This document shows positions 17,863-29,322 of a stretch of 64,000 nucleotides of DNA, in pieces. The notes beneath the pieces are model-generated. The model was given only the letters and a program-made list of their open reading frames with translations, had not been told where the DNA came from and made no database searches. Every line of letters starts with the position of its first letter. Positions within the stretch are counted from its first letter, which is position 1. Location: assembly GCA_049297395.1 (NCBI GenBank), contig JBAQUG010000455.1:16-64015 (forward strand), read 5' to 3'. The DNA comes from Victivallales bacterium. GTDB lineage: Bacteria > Verrucomicrobiota > Lentisphaeria > Victivallales > GWF2-50-93. Both the position numbers and the translations under genes were made by a program.

Positions 17863-18789
17863 ATGATATTTATTCAAGACAAAACAGAAAAAAACATGAT
17901 CAGAATCAGGATGGAACTTCCATCCGGCGCAGAACGGCTGAAATACTCGAGCAGTCTTGTTGTCTGTGAAAATCCATTTTGTCACTGCATGGAGCTGACC
18001 CTTCACCTGACTCTTGACAAAGAACTTTCCAGCGCAAGCGGACAAGAGAAAGCGGTCGTGTCATTTGATCTTCGTAACAATAGGCTGGACATGAGAAAGA
18101 CTCCGGCTGACGATATTCCATTTGCCAGCCGGATACTGGAACAGATGGATGAAAGCGACTGGGAAATACTTTGTCAGGCCTTCTATGCGTTAAAGCGCGA
18201 ATATGCAGCGAATACGCCCATGGAGGCAATGGACTTTGACTTCAATTCGATACGTGGTGATTATTATAATTCCATTGACGACGGCAGGCTGGTGCCCTTC
18301 CACGAGGTTTTTCCTTTCCTGGATGAACTCTGCTTCGATATCAACGGTGAAGAATGCATCGCCTTGCCCATGTTCTGTCTGGCGCGCGCCTGCAAATGCA
18401 CGACAGCCAACATCGAGATACATGATCTGAAAGACCAGAAAATAGACTTGTCTGTTTTCGTTGACTATAAAAAAGGCACGTTCAACGGTTTTGAAAAACA
18501 TCGTTGGAATGGGAAGGAATTGACACAGGAAAGGCTGGCCTTCATCCTGCTGGGAGCATTTCCTGACCTGTTCGCGAGGCTTCAGGAAAAACACAGGCAG
18601 CTGTCGAAACTTTATAAAATTTCACACTTGAAATATTACAGGGCAAATGCCCATCACGACAGCTGGAATTCCAACAGCCCTTTTGAGCTCCCGGCAGGAC
18701 CTTTCCTGCGGGAAAAGGAAAAAGTCGGCAGAAACGATCCATGCCCCTGCGGCAGCGGGAAAAAATATAAGAAGTGCTGCCTGAAATGA
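17863..18789 (+). CDS. hypothetical protein with C-terminal SEC-C metal-binding motif
   Basis: The C-terminus [18 protein letters not shown] is a SEC-C motif. The rest is unrecognised. Confidence 0.55.
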   Translation: MIFIQDKTEKNMIRIRMELPSGAERLKYSSSLVVCENPFCHCMELTLHLTLDKELSSASGQEKAVVSFDLRNNRLDMRKTPADDIPFASRILEQMDESDWEILCQAFYALKREYAANTPMEAMDFDFNSIRGDYYNSIDDGRLVPFHEVFPFLDELCFDINGEECIALPMFCLARACKCTTANIEIHDLKDQKIDLSVFVDYKKGTFNGFEKHRWNGKELTQERLAFILLGAFPDLFARLQEKHRQLSKLYKISHLKYYRANAHHDSWNSNSPFELPAGPFLREKEKVGRNDPCPCGSGKKYKKCCLK

Positions 18790-18916
18790 TTTCCGGAAAA
18801 ATATTCTTGCCGAGCTGAAGGTCAGGCATGCTGATACTAGGAAGGCAATTGGCATATGGGTTGACAATATTGAAAAATCCCTGTGTATGTTGTTTTTAAT
18901 ATTAAAGGAAGCATCT

Positions 18917-21220
18917 ATGAAAAAAAACAGACTCTGGTACAAGACGTTTTCAGAAGAATATATGAGCGGACTTCCAATCGGTACGGGCCGTCTTGCCGCA
19001 ATGATACTCGGACTTCCCGGCAAGGAGCGGATCGCCCTCAACCACGAATGGCTCTGGAGGGGTAAAAACAGGAACCGTGAAAATAAGAAATCCGCGCATC
19101 TGCTGAATGAAGTCCGTGAACTTCTTCTTGCAGGGAAGTATGAGGAAGGCACAATTAAGGGAAATGAGGCATTCGGCGGGCCTGGAGGCGTTTCCGGGAA
19201 ACCTAATACCGTGGATCCGTTCCAGCCGGCCGGAGATCTATTCATTGCGACAGGACATTCCTCGGTTACGGATTATACAAGGGAACTTGATCTTGACAAT
19301 GCGGTGGTGACGGTAAAATACAGATGTGACGGCACACTCTTCAAAAGGGAATACATTGCCCATATCGGCTGCGATCTGATTATCGGACGGCTTACATCTG
19401 AAAAGCCGTTCTCTCCTGAATTCCGTCTTTCCAGAAATGAACAGGACAAGGAATGCTTCCTGCGTTTTGACGGCAACCACGAATCAATTGTGATGGACGG
19501 ACAGTTCGAAGGCGGCATCGGGTTCCGAAATGAATTAAGAATCATTTCCTGCAACGGGCAAAAAACTTTCAGCGGCTGCTGCATAAAAATATCCGATGCG
19601 ACAGAAATAATCTTTGCGGTCAATATTGGAACTTCAGCCAAGGCGTCTGCACCCGCCGATGAGATTGCCTCATATCCGTGGCCGGACAAGAACTGGAAGA
19701 CAATTCTCAGGACGCACAAGACAGCATATAAGAAGTTCTACGGCGGTTTGAGCCTGGATATTGATCTCAAGGAAAGCAACAAGCCCGTGGATGAAAGAAT
19801 GCAGGCAATGAAAAACGGGGCGTCGGATCCCGGAATTGCGGAGCTTTATTTCAAATACGGTCGATATCTCCTGACTGCCTCCACGGCGACCGGAGAACTT
19901 CCTCCTAACCTCCAGGGAAAATGGAACGAGGATCTTCGTCCCCCATGGGAATCGGATTATCATCATGACATCAATCTCCAGATGAATTTCTGGCCGGCCG
20001 AGGCTGGCGGTCTCCAGTATACGACCGAAGCACTGTTCAAGTATCTGGAGCGTTTTGTTCCGCATGGAAGAAAAGCCGCGAAGGATCTGTACGGATGTGA
20101 CGGAATATATCTGCCCATCCAGACGGATCCATGGGCAAGAGCAACTCCGGAATCGTTCGGATGGGCTGTCTGGGTTGGCGCCGCTCCATGGCTGGCGCAG
20201 CATTTCTGGTGGCATTATGAATTTGAACAGGATAATGAATTCCTGCGGAAGCGGGCCTATCCTTTCTTCAAGGAAGTCGCAGCGTTTTTCGAGACGTATC
20301 TGATAGAGGACAGGAGCGGTACCCTTCAGATAGTCCCCTCGCAGTCGCCGGAAAACCGTTTTGTCGGAGGGGGTAAGCTTGCTTCCACGCTCTGCGTGTC
20401 GGCGACAATGGATGTGATTCTTGTGAAAAACGCTTTGGAATATGCGCTTAGTTCTGCAAGGATCCTTGATGTAGACCATGACAGGCAGAAGGTATGGGAG
20501 GCTATAATAAAAAAACTTCCGGCGCTCAAGATCGGAAAGCACGGACAGCTTCTTGAGTGGAACGAGGAGTTCGAAGAGGTTGAGCCGGGACATCGTCATT
20601 TGTCCCATCTCATCGGACTCTATCCCGGCGACAATCTTGATCCGGCAGAAACTCCAGAACTCTGGAAGGCCGCCCTTGTTTCCCTTGATAGGAGACTCTC
20701 TGCGGGCGGCGGGCACACTGGCTGGAGCCGTTCCTGGGTGGCCTGCCTGTTTGCGAGGATTGGAAAGCAGGCCGAGGCGTGGGACCACTTGAATCATCTG
20801 ATTGCGGACTTCGCAACTGTTACGCTCCTCGATCTTCATCCTCCGCGGATTTTCCAGATTGACGGGAATTTCGGAGGGACAGCAGCGGTGCTGGAGATGC
20901 TCATGCAGAGCTATCACGGCGAAATCCATCTTCTTCCGACATTGCCGGAGGCCTGGCCGAAAGGATCGGTAAAAGGTCTCCGCGCAAGAGGCGCCTTCAG
21001 CGTAGATATTGAATGGGTGGGCGGGAAACTCGAAAAAGCTGTCATACGATCCCTGAAAGGAAACCTTTGCAGAATAAAAAATGCATCAGGTGATTTAATG
21101 GTACAAGATGACAGCGGGAATCAGATTTTACTTGAAAGATCCGGAAATTGCATTTCATTCCCTACTGCGAAAGATGGAAGATATATTTTATTGGAAGAAA
21201 CAAAGACGACGTCGATATGA
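18917..21220 (+). CDS. glycoside hydrolase family 95 (alpha-L-fucosidase-like)
   Basis: [36 protein letters not shown] and the downstream GH95-type (alpha/alpha)6 region. The ATG at 18917 follows AAGGA. Confidence 0.85.
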   Translation: MKKNRLWYKTFSEEYMSGLPIGTGRLAAMILGLPGKERIALNHEWLWRGKNRNRENKKSAHLLNEVRELLLAGKYEEGTIKGNEAFGGPGGVSGKPNTVDPFQPAGDLFIATGHSSVTDYTRELDLDNAVVTVKYRCDGTLFKREYIAHIGCDLIIGRLTSEKPFSPEFRLSRNEQDKECFLRFDGNHESIVMDGQFEGGIGFRNELRIISCNGQKTFSGCCIKISDATEIIFAVNIGTSAKASAPADEIASYPWPDKNWKTILRTHKTAYKKFYGGLSLDIDLKESNKPVDERMQAMKNGASDPGIAELYFKYGRYLLTASTATGELPPNLQGKWNEDLRPPWESDYHHDINLQMNFWPAEAGGLQYTTEALFKYLERFVPHGRKAAKDLYGCDGIYLPIQTDPWARATPESFGWAVWVGAAPWLAQHFWWHYEFEQDNEFLRKRAYPFFKEVAAFFETYLIEDRSGTLQIVPSQSPENRFVGGGKLASTLCVSATMDVILVKNALEYALSSARILDVDHDRQKVWEAIIKKLPALKIGKHGQLLEWNEEFEEVEPGHRHLSHLIGLYPGDNLDPAETPELWKAALVSLDRRLSAGGGHTGWSRSWVACLFARIGKQAEAWDHLNHLIADFATVTLLDLHPPRIFQIDGNFGGTAAVLEMLMQSYHGEIHLLPTLPEAWPKGSVKGLRARGAFSVDIEWVGGKLEKAVIRSLKGNLCRIKNASGDLMVQDDSGNQILLERSGNCISFPTAKDGRYILLEETKTTSI

Positions 21221-22038
21221 ATAAAAAACGAACAATAAGCGTAAAAGGTTCTTCAATCTCGGTCATTGAAATCAATGGCCAGGATTATATATCGTTGACG
21301 GACATGGTGAGGAACTATGAGGATGGTTTATCCCTGATTGAAAAATGGTTGCGCAATAAAAACACTGTGGAGTTTCTCGGAATCTGGGAGAGAATAAACA
21401 ACCCGGATTTTAATTCCCCCGAATTCGAGGGAATTATGTTGGAAGCCGGTCTAAACCGATTTACTCTATCTGTTAAAAAATGGATTTCTACGACAAATGG
21501 AATTGGATTGCTTGCTAAAACAGGCAGGTACGCAAGTGGAACTTTTGCACACAAGGATATAGCCTTTGAATTTGGCTCCTGGCTTAGTGCTGAGTTTAAA
21601 TTATATCTAATCAAGGAATTCCAGAGGCTAAAAGAGGAGGAAGGCGGCCGTCTCAAACTCGAGTGGAGCCTTCAACGGACACTTGCAAAGATAAATTATC
21701 GTATCCATACCGACGCTATAAAGGATAATCTAGTGCCTTCTTGTTTGACCAAACAGCAGATTTCAACTGTATATGCTAACGAAGCAGATACTCTTAATGT
21801 CGCCTTGTTCGGCAAAACGGCATTGGAATGGCGTGAGCTGAATCTTGAAAAAGAAGGCAATATTCGGGATAACGCGAGCCTCGAACAGCTTGTGGTTCTT
21901 ACAAATCTTGAAAGCATAAACGCGTTGTTGATCAGGCAAGGTCTTCCTCAAGGGGAAAGGCTTGTAAAGCTCAACGAGGTGGCCATATCCCAGATGAAAT
22001 CGTTGTTATGCAATAAAACTCTTAAAAAACTAAAATGA
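21217..22038 (+). CDS. KilA-N domain-containing DNA-binding protein
   Basis: The N-terminus [28 protein letters not shown]...[17 protein letters not shown] is typical of KilA-N. ATG 21217 overlaps the GH95 stop (ATGA). Confidence 0.75.
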   Translation: MNKKRTISVKGSSISVIEINGQDYISLTDMVRNYEDGLSLIEKWLRNKNTVEFLGIWERINNPDFNSPEFEGIMLEAGLNRFTLSVKKWISTTNGIGLLAKTGRYASGTFAHKDIAFEFGSWLSAEFKLYLIKEFQRLKEEEGGRLKLEWSLQRTLAKINYRIHTDAIKDNLVPSCLTKQQISTVYANEADTLNVALFGKTALEWRELNLEKEGNIRDNASLEQLVVLTNLESINALLIRQGLPQGERLVKLNEVAISQMKSLLCNKTLKKLK

Positions 22039-22057
22039 ATGTCATAGATTGGAACAC

Positions 22058-23353
22058 ATGAAAATAAATACGCAGATAGCCAGGGCGAAGAGGGGCGAGA
22101 TTAGTTCTGAAATGAAGAAGGTAGCGAAGAGTGAATTCCTTTCGCCTGAACTCATACGCAAGCAGGTCGCAACCGGAAAGATCGTGATCCCAGCCAACCC
22201 CAGGCATAAGAACCTCCAGCCGGTTGGAATAGGAAAAATCCTTCGTACGAAGATTAATGCTAACATCGGTAATTCAGGTCTGTCCAGCTGTCTCAACGAG
22301 GAGATTGCAAAACTCAAGATCGCCTTGAAGTATGGTGCCGATACCGTGATGGACCTCAGCACTGGCGAGAACATTTGCGAAATTCGCAAGAAAATTGTCC
22401 AGATTAGTGTTGCACCTGTCGGAACTGTTCCTATCTATGAGGCGGTAAGCCTTGTGGAGAAACCTGAAGACCTCACGATCGATCTTCTTCTTGAAGTCGT
22501 AGAGCGTCAGGCGGAGCAGGGGGTGGACTACATGACTATCCATGCCGGACTTCTCAGGAGCCATGTCCCGCTGGCGATGAAGAGGATGCTTAGGATCGTA
22601 AGCCGCGGCGGTGCGATCCTCGCAAAATGGATGACTGTCCACAAAAAAGAAAATCCATTCTATGAGCACTTCGACAGGCTTCTCGCGATATGCCAGAAAT
22701 ATGATGTGACTCTTTCGCTTGGCGACGGACTGCGTCCGGGTTGTCTTGCGGATGCCAGCGACAAGGCGCAGTTTGCGGAACTCGCAACTCTCGGCGAGCT
22801 TGTGAAGCGCTGCCACAAGGCTGGAGTCCAGGTGATGGTCGAGGGTCCGGGACATGTTCCCCTCGATGAGATCGAGATGAACATGAAGATTGAGGACAAG
22901 ATTTGCGGTGGTGCGCCGTTCTACATTCTTGGTCCGGTTGTTGCCGACTGTGCGCCGGGATACGACCATATCTCGAGCGCTATTGGTGGAGCTCTAGGAG
23001 CTTTCCACGGAGCCGCGATGCTCTGCTATGTGACTCCGAAGGAACATCTCGGACTTCCCGAGCTTGAAGACGTTAGGAACGGAGTGATCGCATACAAGAT
23101 CGCTGCGCATGCTGCTGATGTCGCGCTCAAGAAGCCGCATGCCAGATGCCGTGACGACGCCATAAGCAAGGCGCGCGCTGATTTCGACTGGGAAAAACAG
23201 TTCGAACTTGCGCTTGATCCTGAGCGCGCCCGCGAATATCGCGAACAGGCGCTGAAGAAGTCGGTTACGAAAAAAGGCAAGGACGAAGCGTTCTGCACGA
23301 TGTGCGGCCCGAAGTTCTGCTCGATGCGCCTGAGCAAGGAAATAGCGAAATAG
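22058..23353 (+). CDS. thiC: phosphomethylpyrimidine synthase (short anaerobe-type ThiC)
   Basis: [25 protein letters not shown], and a C-terminal [11 protein letters not shown] Fe-S motif. Confidence 0.93.
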   Translation: MKINTQIARAKRGEISSEMKKVAKSEFLSPELIRKQVATGKIVIPANPRHKNLQPVGIGKILRTKINANIGNSGLSSCLNEEIAKLKIALKYGADTVMDLSTGENICEIRKKIVQISVAPVGTVPIYEAVSLVEKPEDLTIDLLLEVVERQAEQGVDYMTIHAGLLRSHVPLAMKRMLRIVSRGGAILAKWMTVHKKENPFYEHFDRLLAICQKYDVTLSLGDGLRPGCLADASDKAQFAELATLGELVKRCHKAGVQVMVEGPGHVPLDEIEMNMKIEDKICGGAPFYILGPVVADCAPGYDHISSAIGGALGAFHGAAMLCYVTPKEHLGLPELEDVRNGVIAYKIAAHAADVALKKPHARCRDDAISKARADFDWEKQFELALDPERAREYREQALKKSVTKKGKDEAFCTMCGPKFCSMRLSKEIAK

Positions 23354-23437
23354 GCACAGAGGGCGGAAGTGCGTAAGTTCGTAAGTTCTAGAGTTCGGGA
23401 GTTTTTAGACTTAAAACTTAAAACATAAAGCTTAAAA
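23352..23437. repeat. short-period degenerate tandem repeats directly after the thiC stop
   Basis: aggcacagagg at 23352-62, identical to 12779-89. Four 8-mers cgtaagtt/cgtaagtt/ctagagtt/cgggagtt at 23372-23403. Four 7-mers cttaaaa/cttaaaa/cataaag/cttaaaa at 23410-23437. Confidence 0.8.
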
Positions 23438-23442
23438 CTATT

Positions 23443-24708
23443 ATGAAACATTTTGGGGATGGGCGGGACTGGTTTTTCAAAAATCGTTATGGGATGTTCA
23501 TACACTGGGGGCTTTATGCCATTGATGGCTGGCACGAGCAGGTGCAGTGGCGCCGGAACATTCCCAAGGAGACATACGTAAGACGTGTCGGCCAGTTCAA
23601 TCCGGTGAAATACAATCCCGATGCGTGGGTGCGGCTTGCCAAGGAGTCCGGCATGGACTACATGATTTTCGTCACCAAGCACCATGATGGATTCTGCATG
23701 TGGGACACGAAGGAGACGGATTACAATGTGATGCGCACTCCTTACGGCAAGGATCTCCTTGCGATGCTCGCAAAGTCATGCAGGAAAGCCGGAATCAAGC
23801 TGTGCCTCTATTATTCATGTCCTGACTGGAATCATCCCAACTCGATCAACCAGGGCGGCGATCATGAGCTGCTGAAGCAGAACTTCGGCGACGAACCTGA
23901 TATAAGGAAATATATCTCCTACGTGAAACGACAGGTAACGGAACTTTGTTCGAACTATGGCAGGATACATGGATTTTTCTGGGACATCCCGCCCCGTGTC
24001 AAAGATTCTTCGATAAACAAATTGCTGAGGACGCTTCAGCCGGGGATCATGATAAACGACCGCGGCTACGACAAGGGGGATTATGACACTCCGGAGCGGA
24101 AAGTCCCGGAAGGTGGTGAGTTTTCGCGTCCGACGGAGGCGTGCCAGTCAGTCGGTGACCAGAGCTGGGGCTACCGGAAGAATGAGGATTATTATACACG
24201 GCGATTCCTGATGCAGGGCATTGCAAAGATAATCTCCATGGGCGGGAACTATGTATTGAATGTCGGACCGAAGCCTGATGGGACAATTCCCGGGGAGTCG
24301 GCTGAGGTTCTCCGGGACATCGGGAAATGGTATAGGCGGGTGAAGCCTGCGATCACTGCCACGCCAGCGTCGAAATATCTTGATCACGAGAACTTCATGC
24401 TGACCCGAGACGGCAATAAGTTGTATGTCGTCTGCCACAAGGATCTGCCGACATCCGGGATTGTCCTCTCTCCAATAGGAATCATGCCAGAGCGGGCATC
24501 GCTTCTCAACAATGGCGGGAAGCTTGCTGTGAAGCTTGAGATAACTCCGAAGCATTATCGCAGCCGGCCGTTCTTGCACGTCCAGGGTATTCCTGTGGAG
24601 AGCTTTGCCAATGAACCGGTAGTGATAAAACTGGAATTCAAATCCCTTTCCGACAAGATCCTTGACGGGATGGCGGCAAGGGCGAAGAGCAAGGAATATA
24701 TTTTCTGA
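23443..24708 (+). CDS. glycoside hydrolase family 29 alpha-L-fucosidase
   Basis: RYGMFIHWGLYAI, YMIFVTKHHDGFCMWDT and the YYS..DW pattern are typical of GH29. Confidence 0.85.
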   Translation: MKHFGDGRDWFFKNRYGMFIHWGLYAIDGWHEQVQWRRNIPKETYVRRVGQFNPVKYNPDAWVRLAKESGMDYMIFVTKHHDGFCMWDTKETDYNVMRTPYGKDLLAMLAKSCRKAGIKLCLYYSCPDWNHPNSINQGGDHELLKQNFGDEPDIRKYISYVKRQVTELCSNYGRIHGFFWDIPPRVKDSSINKLLRTLQPGIMINDRGYDKGDYDTPERKVPEGGEFSRPTEACQSVGDQSWGYRKNEDYYTRRFLMQGIAKIISMGGNYVLNVGPKPDGTIPGESAEVLRDIGKWYRRVKPAITATPASKYLDHENFMLTRDGNKLYVVCHKDLPTSGIVLSPIGIMPERASLLNNGGKLAVKLEITPKHYRSRPFLHVQGIPVESFANEPVVIKLEFKSLSDKILDGMAARAKSKEYIF

Positions 24709-24841
24709 CAAGATGCGCGGGTGGGTGAAGTCAGGAGAATGTAGACCAGGACTCCAACGTCCAGCAGCTCCAGTGGTATTACCAGCACAGGCGCGCGATT
24801 TAGTGTCTTTATTTCACAGTTCTATGTCTTAAGCGTATATA

Positions 24842-24972
24842 AAATCCGAATCTCGAAGCACGAAAACCGAAACAAGCTCGAAATAATGAAAACATCAATT
24901 CTTAAAACAATGTTTGAAACATTTGAAAATTCATTAATTCCCAGTTTGTTTCGAATTTCGATATTCGGATTT
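24842..24972. repeat. 131-bp inverted-repeat element in an intergenic region
   Basis: aaatccgaatctcgaa (24842-57) versus ttcgatattcggattt (24957-72) pair at 15 of 16 positions. The AT-rich core carries an internal aaaca-a-tgttt palindrome. Confidence 0.7.
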
Positions 24973-25081
24973 GAGTTTGGGTTGCGGGCAGAGCCCGCCT
25001 CAGAGGTTGCCTTTGGAAATTGAAATTGCAGCTCTCCGCCTGTAGATTAAGGCTCCCAATATTAATTTAAATCAAGGTTCC

Positions 25082-25693
25082 ATGAAAAGATTATCATATT
25101 TGTCAATGATTGTGTGTTGTTCAGTGTTCCTCGTGTCATGTGCCCTGTTCAATTCTGATGACGACAGCCCCCTGGATGTAAACAGCATCCTGAAATTGAA
25201 GCCTGGAGACAAAATCTATACTGCGCACAATATGTGGTTTGATGATAGCAATCAGATTTTCCAGATACACTACCATAAGGGAAAGATCCTGCCATTCGGA
25301 TCCGAAGTGAATATCATTGAGGCGCATCAGTTTGAGATTACGTTCAAGGATGTCGCGGGCGGGGAGACCTACAAGCTTTCGGTCCTGAAGAAATTCGCGA
25401 TGTTCAAGACGGAAGGCTATATGAAGCGGCTGTTCACCACAAAGTCCCCGGAGAAGCTTGTTGAAGGGATCGCCCCTGCCGTCCTTGAGAATATAAGGAA
25501 AGGTGCAGTTGGAAAGGGCATGTCCAAGAATGAAGTTCTTCTCTGCTATGGATATCCATCGCCCCACAGGACTCCTTCCATCAGCGAGGACTCCTGGATA
25601 TACTTCAAATCACCGTCCGAGACGGTGAGGGTTTTATTCAGCAGAAAAGGACAGGTAATAGACATCATCAAACAGGAAGAGGTGAAAAAGTGA
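25082..25693 (+). CDS. putative lipoprotein, function unknown
   Basis: Signal peptide with a lipobox-like FLVSC. The stop overlaps the next gene's start (GTGA). Confidence 0.55.
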   Translation: MKRLSYLSMIVCCSVFLVSCALFNSDDDSPLDVNSILKLKPGDKIYTAHNMWFDDSNQIFQIHYHKGKILPFGSEVNIIEAHQFEITFKDVAGGETYKLSVLKKFAMFKTEGYMKRLFTTKSPEKLVEGIAPAVLENIRKGAVGKGMSKNEVLLCYGYPSPHRTPSISEDSWIYFKSPSETVRVLFSRKGQVIDIIKQEEVKK

Positions 25694-26640
25694 GAAGGAA
25701 GAACCAGACGATACTGATAACCGGCGGCGGTGGATTTCTCGGTTCCCACCTCTGCGAGAGGCTTCTCGACGACGATCACGACGTGATATGCCTGGATAAT
25801 TTCTTCACCGGTTCAAAGGAGAACATAAGGCATCTGCTCAACCATACGGGATTTGAACTCATCCGCCACGATATCACCTGGCCGATCTACCTCGAAGTCG
25901 ATGCGATATACAATCTGGCGTGTCCGGCCTCTCCGGTTCATTACCAGCACGATCCTGTGCAGACGACGAAGACGAGCGTTCTCGGCGCGATAAACCTTCT
26001 GGGAATGGCGAAGCGCCTCAAGGCTCCGATAATGCAGGCCTCGACTTCCGAAGTCTACGGCGATCCGGCAATGCATCCGCAGAGGGAGGAATACTGGGGC
26101 AATGTCAATCCGATCGGCACGAGAAGCTGCTATGACGAAGGCAAGCGCTGCGCTGAAACATTGTTCTTCGACTATTACAGGCAGCTGAACGTGTCGGTCA
26201 AGGTCGTCAGGATCTTCAACACCTATGGCCCCAGGATGCAGATCAACGACGGCCGCGTCGTAAGCAACTTCATCGTACAGGCGTTGAAGAACGAGGATAT
26301 TACAATATATGGCGAAGGGCTTCAGACCAGGAGCTTCTGTTTCGTGACGGATATGATCGAGGGGTTCGTGAAGATGATGCATACGCCGCATGGCATTACG
26401 GGTCCCATCAACCTCGGGAATCCCGGTGAGTTCACGATGATAGAACTTGCCGAAAAGGTCATCAAGCTGACAAAATCAAAGTCCAGGCTTGTTTATAAAC
26501 CTTTGCCGAAGGACGATCCTGTCAGGAGGAAGCCCGACATTTCCAAGGCCCAGAAAATACTCGACTGGCATCCGACCGTCCCTCTCGACGAGGGGCTTGA
26601 TCGGACCATTGCATATTTCCGGACGCTGCTGAAGAAGTGA
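25690..26640 (+). CDS. UDP-glucuronate decarboxylase (UDP-xylose synthase), SDR family
   Basis: [19 protein letters not shown] Rossmann motif, [11 protein letters not shown] catalytic region, DGRVVSNF. Confidence 0.88.
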   Translation: MRRKNQTILITGGGGFLGSHLCERLLDDDHDVICLDNFFTGSKENIRHLLNHTGFELIRHDITWPIYLEVDAIYNLACPASPVHYQHDPVQTTKTSVLGAINLLGMAKRLKAPIMQASTSEVYGDPAMHPQREEYWGNVNPIGTRSCYDEGKRCAETLFFDYYRQLNVSVKVVRIFNTYGPRMQINDGRVVSNFIVQALKNEDITIYGEGLQTRSFCFVTDMIEGFVKMMHTPHGITGPINLGNPGEFTMIELAEKVIKLTKSKSRLVYKPLPKDDPVRRKPDISKAQKILDWHPTVPLDEGLDRTIAYFRTLLKK

Positions 26641-26738
26641 TGGTAAGTATTCACATGAATATTTACATGTGAAGGAAATTGCATAAATCCAGTTGCAGTA
26701 ATGCAAACTTGCATTATAATATGTCCCCTGTGTGTTTA

Positions 26739-26766
26739 TTGACGCGGCTTTTCTGGAAGGTATACT
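26739..26766 (+). promoter_or_regulatory. sigma70-like promoter candidate upstream of rpsP
   Basis: TTGACG (26739-44), 16-nt spacer, TATACT (26761-66), about 130 nt upstream of the rpsP ATG. Confidence 0.4.
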
Positions 26767-26898
26767 GGATACGAAATCCAGGATGCGGGGCAGGTAAAAT
26801 ACGAGGAAAACGACATCTGTTTCCGAGTTCTGGCTGCAATCCTCCGGGGCGCGGAAAATAGCACAGTCACAACAAATATTGGTTAAAAAGAGGACAGT

Positions 26899-27198
26899 AT
26901 GGTAAGAATCAGGTTGAAGAGAGTTGGCGGCAAGAATGAGCCCAGGTTCCGTCTTGTAGTCGCAGACGTCCGCCATCAGAGGGACGGAAAATTCATCGAG
27001 GAAGTTGGATTCTACAATCCGGTGAAGAATGAACGTAAAATCGAAATGGACAGGATCGAATACTGGCTTTCAAAGGGGGCGAAACCTTCAGAGACAGTCC
27101 AGAGCATGATCAATTATGCGCGCAAGCAGGCCGGCAAAGTTGAAGCCGCAGCGGTTGCTGCGATCCAGCCGAATGCTGAAGCCGAGAAGAAAAGCTGA
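26899..27198 (+). CDS. rpsP: 30S ribosomal protein S16
   Basis: MVRIRLKRVGGKNEPRFRLVVADVRHQRDGKFIEEVGFYNP. Confidence 0.95.
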   Translation: MVRIRLKRVGGKNEPRFRLVVADVRHQRDGKFIEEVGFYNPVKNERKIEMDRIEYWLSKGAKPSETVQSMINYARKQAGKVEAAAVAAIQPNAEAEKKS

Positions 27199-27222
27199 AA
27201 ATAAATTAGGGGAAATTCCACC

Positions 27223-27558
27223 GTGTTAAGCAAACTGATGCAGATGTTCGGAAAGAAAGACAAGGACAGCAGTTCAGCTCCTGTAGCGGCGAAATCTGAG
27301 AAGAAGGCTCCTGCGGGGTCGCACGACCTCGAAAATTTTGTAGACTATGTTGTCAGGGCTCTCGTCGACCAGCCGGATTCTGTCAAAATCCAGATTGAAA
27401 AGCTAGAGAATTCCACAGTTATCAAGATTAACTGCGCAAAAGAGGATATGGGTAAGGTAATTGGAAAGAACGGCAAGACCATCATGGCGATCCGTTCACT
27501 TGTAAGCGGAGCAGGCGGACGCCTTGGGCAGAAGTTCTCCGTCGAGGTTGTTGAGTGA
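27223..27558 (+). CDS. KH domain RNA-binding protein (YlqC/UPF0109-like) with an N-terminal extension of about 35 aa
   Basis: The [20 protein letters not shown] motif and its position between rpsP and trmD. Confidence 0.8.
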   Translation: MLSKLMQMFGKKDKDSSSAPVAAKSEKKAPAGSHDLENFVDYVVRALVDQPDSVKIQIEKLENSTVIKINCAKEDMGKVIGKNGKTIMAIRSLVSGAGGRLGQKFSVEVVE

Positions 27559-27559
27559 T

Positions 27560-28261
27560 TTGAGAATAGATATCATCACAATTTTCCCTCAGGTGTTTTT
27601 CGGGCCGTTCGCGGAAAGTGTCATAGCCAGGGCGGTCGAGCGGAGGATTGTCGAGATAAATGCTGTGAATCTGCGTGATTTCACGCATGACAAGCACAGG
27701 TCGGTCGATGACAAGCCGTACGGCGGCGGGCCGGGGATGCTGATGAAGCCCGAACCGATTTTCGAGGCTGTTGAAAGCCTGAGGACTGCTGGATCATGTG
27801 TGATCCTGCCAAGTCCGGGGGGTGAAGTTTTCACCCAGAGGATCGCGAGGGAGTTTACGAAGCAGGAGCATCTGATATTTCTCTGCGGCCATTACGAGGG
27901 TATTGATGAAAGAGTTCGCGAAGGCCTTGCGGCGCGCGAGATTTCCATAGGTGATTATGTGCTGACCAACGGCAATCTTGCCGCGATGGTTGTGGTTGAC
28001 GCAGTGGTCAGGCTTCTGCCGGGAGTGCTGGGATCGGAGGAATCCAGAGTGACAGAGTCATTCAGCGAGGATCTGCTCGAGTATCCGCAGTATACGAGGC
28101 CGGAAGTTTTCAGGGGAATGAAGGTGCCGGAAGTTCTCCTCTCCGGGAATCACGGAGAGATCGATATGTGGAGAAGGGGACAGGCAGTTGAAAAAACAAA
28201 AAAAGTCAGGCCGGATCTCATACGCCCGGCGATAAAAAAGAAAACAGAGGAGAGAGACTGA
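27560..28261 (+). CDS. trmD: tRNA (guanine37-N1)-methyltransferase
   Basis: [40 protein letters not shown]. The start is likely one of the TTG codons at 27548-27560, after the KH stop. Confidence 0.92.
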   Translation: MRIDIITIFPQVFFGPFAESVIARAVERRIVEINAVNLRDFTHDKHRSVDDKPYGGGPGMLMKPEPIFEAVESLRTAGSCVILPSPGGEVFTQRIAREFTKQEHLIFLCGHYEGIDERVREGLAAREISIGDYVLTNGNLAAMVVVDAVVRLLPGVLGSEESRVTESFSEDLLEYPQYTRPEVFRGMKVPEVLLSGNHGEIDMWRRGQAVEKTKKVRPDLIRPAIKKKTEERD

Positions 28262-28262
28262 T

Positions 28263-28628
28263 ATGAACATCATGGATAAGATTAAAGCCAGCCAGTGCAA
28301 GACAAGCGTACCCGAGTTCTTTCCGGGGGACGCAGTGAAAGTCTATACCAAGATCAAGGAAGGCGACAGCGAGCGAATCCAGGTATTCGCAGGCACTGTA
28401 ATCGCAAGAAAAGGTTCCGGTATCGGGGCGACCTTCACCGTCCGCAGGATCGCCTTCGGACAGGGAATGGAACGCATATTCCCGTTGAACTCTCCCAGGA
28501 TCGACAAGATAGAAGTTGAAAGACACGGAAAGGTGCGCCGTGCAAAACTCTACTACCTCAGGGAAAAAGTCGGTAAATCAGCTCGTGTCAAAGAGCAGAG
28601 ATACGATGCGCAGGAAGCCAAGGCCTGA
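28263..28628 (+). CDS. rplS: 50S ribosomal protein L19
   Basis: [45 protein letters not shown]. Confidence 0.95.
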   Translation: MNIMDKIKASQCKTSVPEFFPGDAVKVYTKIKEGDSERIQVFAGTVIARKGSGIGATFTVRRIAFGQGMERIFPLNSPRIDKIEVERHGKVRRAKLYYLREKVGKSARVKEQRYDAQEAKA

Positions 28629-29280
28629 TTTCCTCAAACCTAACTCCAAGCTCCTGTCTTTCGAAAGGGAGCTCTGGAGGAGCGGTGTCAAATTCATCGC
28701 CGGTGTTGACGAAGCTGGAAGAGGTCCTCTCGCGGGACCGGTAGTCGCCGCCGCGGTCATCTTTCCGTATGGTTTTCGGATACCCTCGGTTGACGATTCA
28801 AAAAAACTTTCAGAAAAGCAGCGCTGCGAACTCCGCAGGCTCATCATGGATCTCCCCGGCGTCATATATGCCATATCCGAGGTGCAGGCCGAAGAGATTG
28901 ACAGAATCAACATCCTCAGGGCCACCCATCTGGGAATGCGGAATTCTCTTATGAACCTCACTAAGGCGCAGATCGCCCTCGTGGACGGACTCAAAGTTCC
29001 GAACCTGCCGGTCGAGGCCAGATTCATCGTAAAGGGCGATTCAAAGTCCGCGAGCATCGCAGGCGCAAGCATCCTAGCAAAAGTCCACAGGGACGAAATA
29101 ATGATGATGTACGCCGAAAAATATCCGCAGTACGGATTCGACAGGCATAAGGGATATGGCACGGAAGAGCATCTCAAGGCGTTGAAGAAGCACGGACCGT
29201 GCCCGATCCACAGGAAATCCTTCGCCCCGGTAAGGGACATAACCAATCCACATCCACTGCAGGGCGAATTTGCCCTTTGA
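28606..29280 (+). CDS. rnhB: ribonuclease HII
   Basis: [21 protein letters not shown] and DSKKLS motifs. ATG 28606 overlaps the rplS 3' end; the track start 28516 is probably too early. Confidence 0.9.
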   Translation: MRRKPRPDFLKPNSKLLSFERELWRSGVKFIAGVDEAGRGPLAGPVVAAAVIFPYGFRIPSVDDSKKLSEKQRCELRRLIMDLPGVIYAISEVQAEEIDRINILRATHLGMRNSLMNLTKAQIALVDGLKVPNLPVEARFIVKGDSKSASIAGASILAKVHRDEIMMMYAEKYPQYGFDRHKGYGTEEHLKALKKHGPCPIHRKSFAPVRDITNPHPLQGEFAL

Positions 29281-29322
29281 TTGTCATGAATTTTTTCATT
29301 GCCATGAAAAACTTATAAATAA

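Noticed and set aside
19670-20929. 419-aa minus-strand ORF
   Set aside because: It lies entirely antisense to the well-supported GH95 gene. The composition is Arg/Ser/Pro-rich with no recognisable motif, so it is a shadow ORF.
21148-22038. KilA-N gene as a marker of a prophage or integrated element
   Set aside because: There is no integrase, no flanking direct repeats, no other phage-like genes, and housekeeping genes lie on both sides. I treat it as an isolated domesticated or orphan gene.
21900-22057. Expected TPP riboswitch upstream of thiC
   Set aside because: I looked for the conserved CTGAGA and pyrimidine-sensor helices and found none. The region is KilA-N coding sequence. A covariance-model scan would be decisive.
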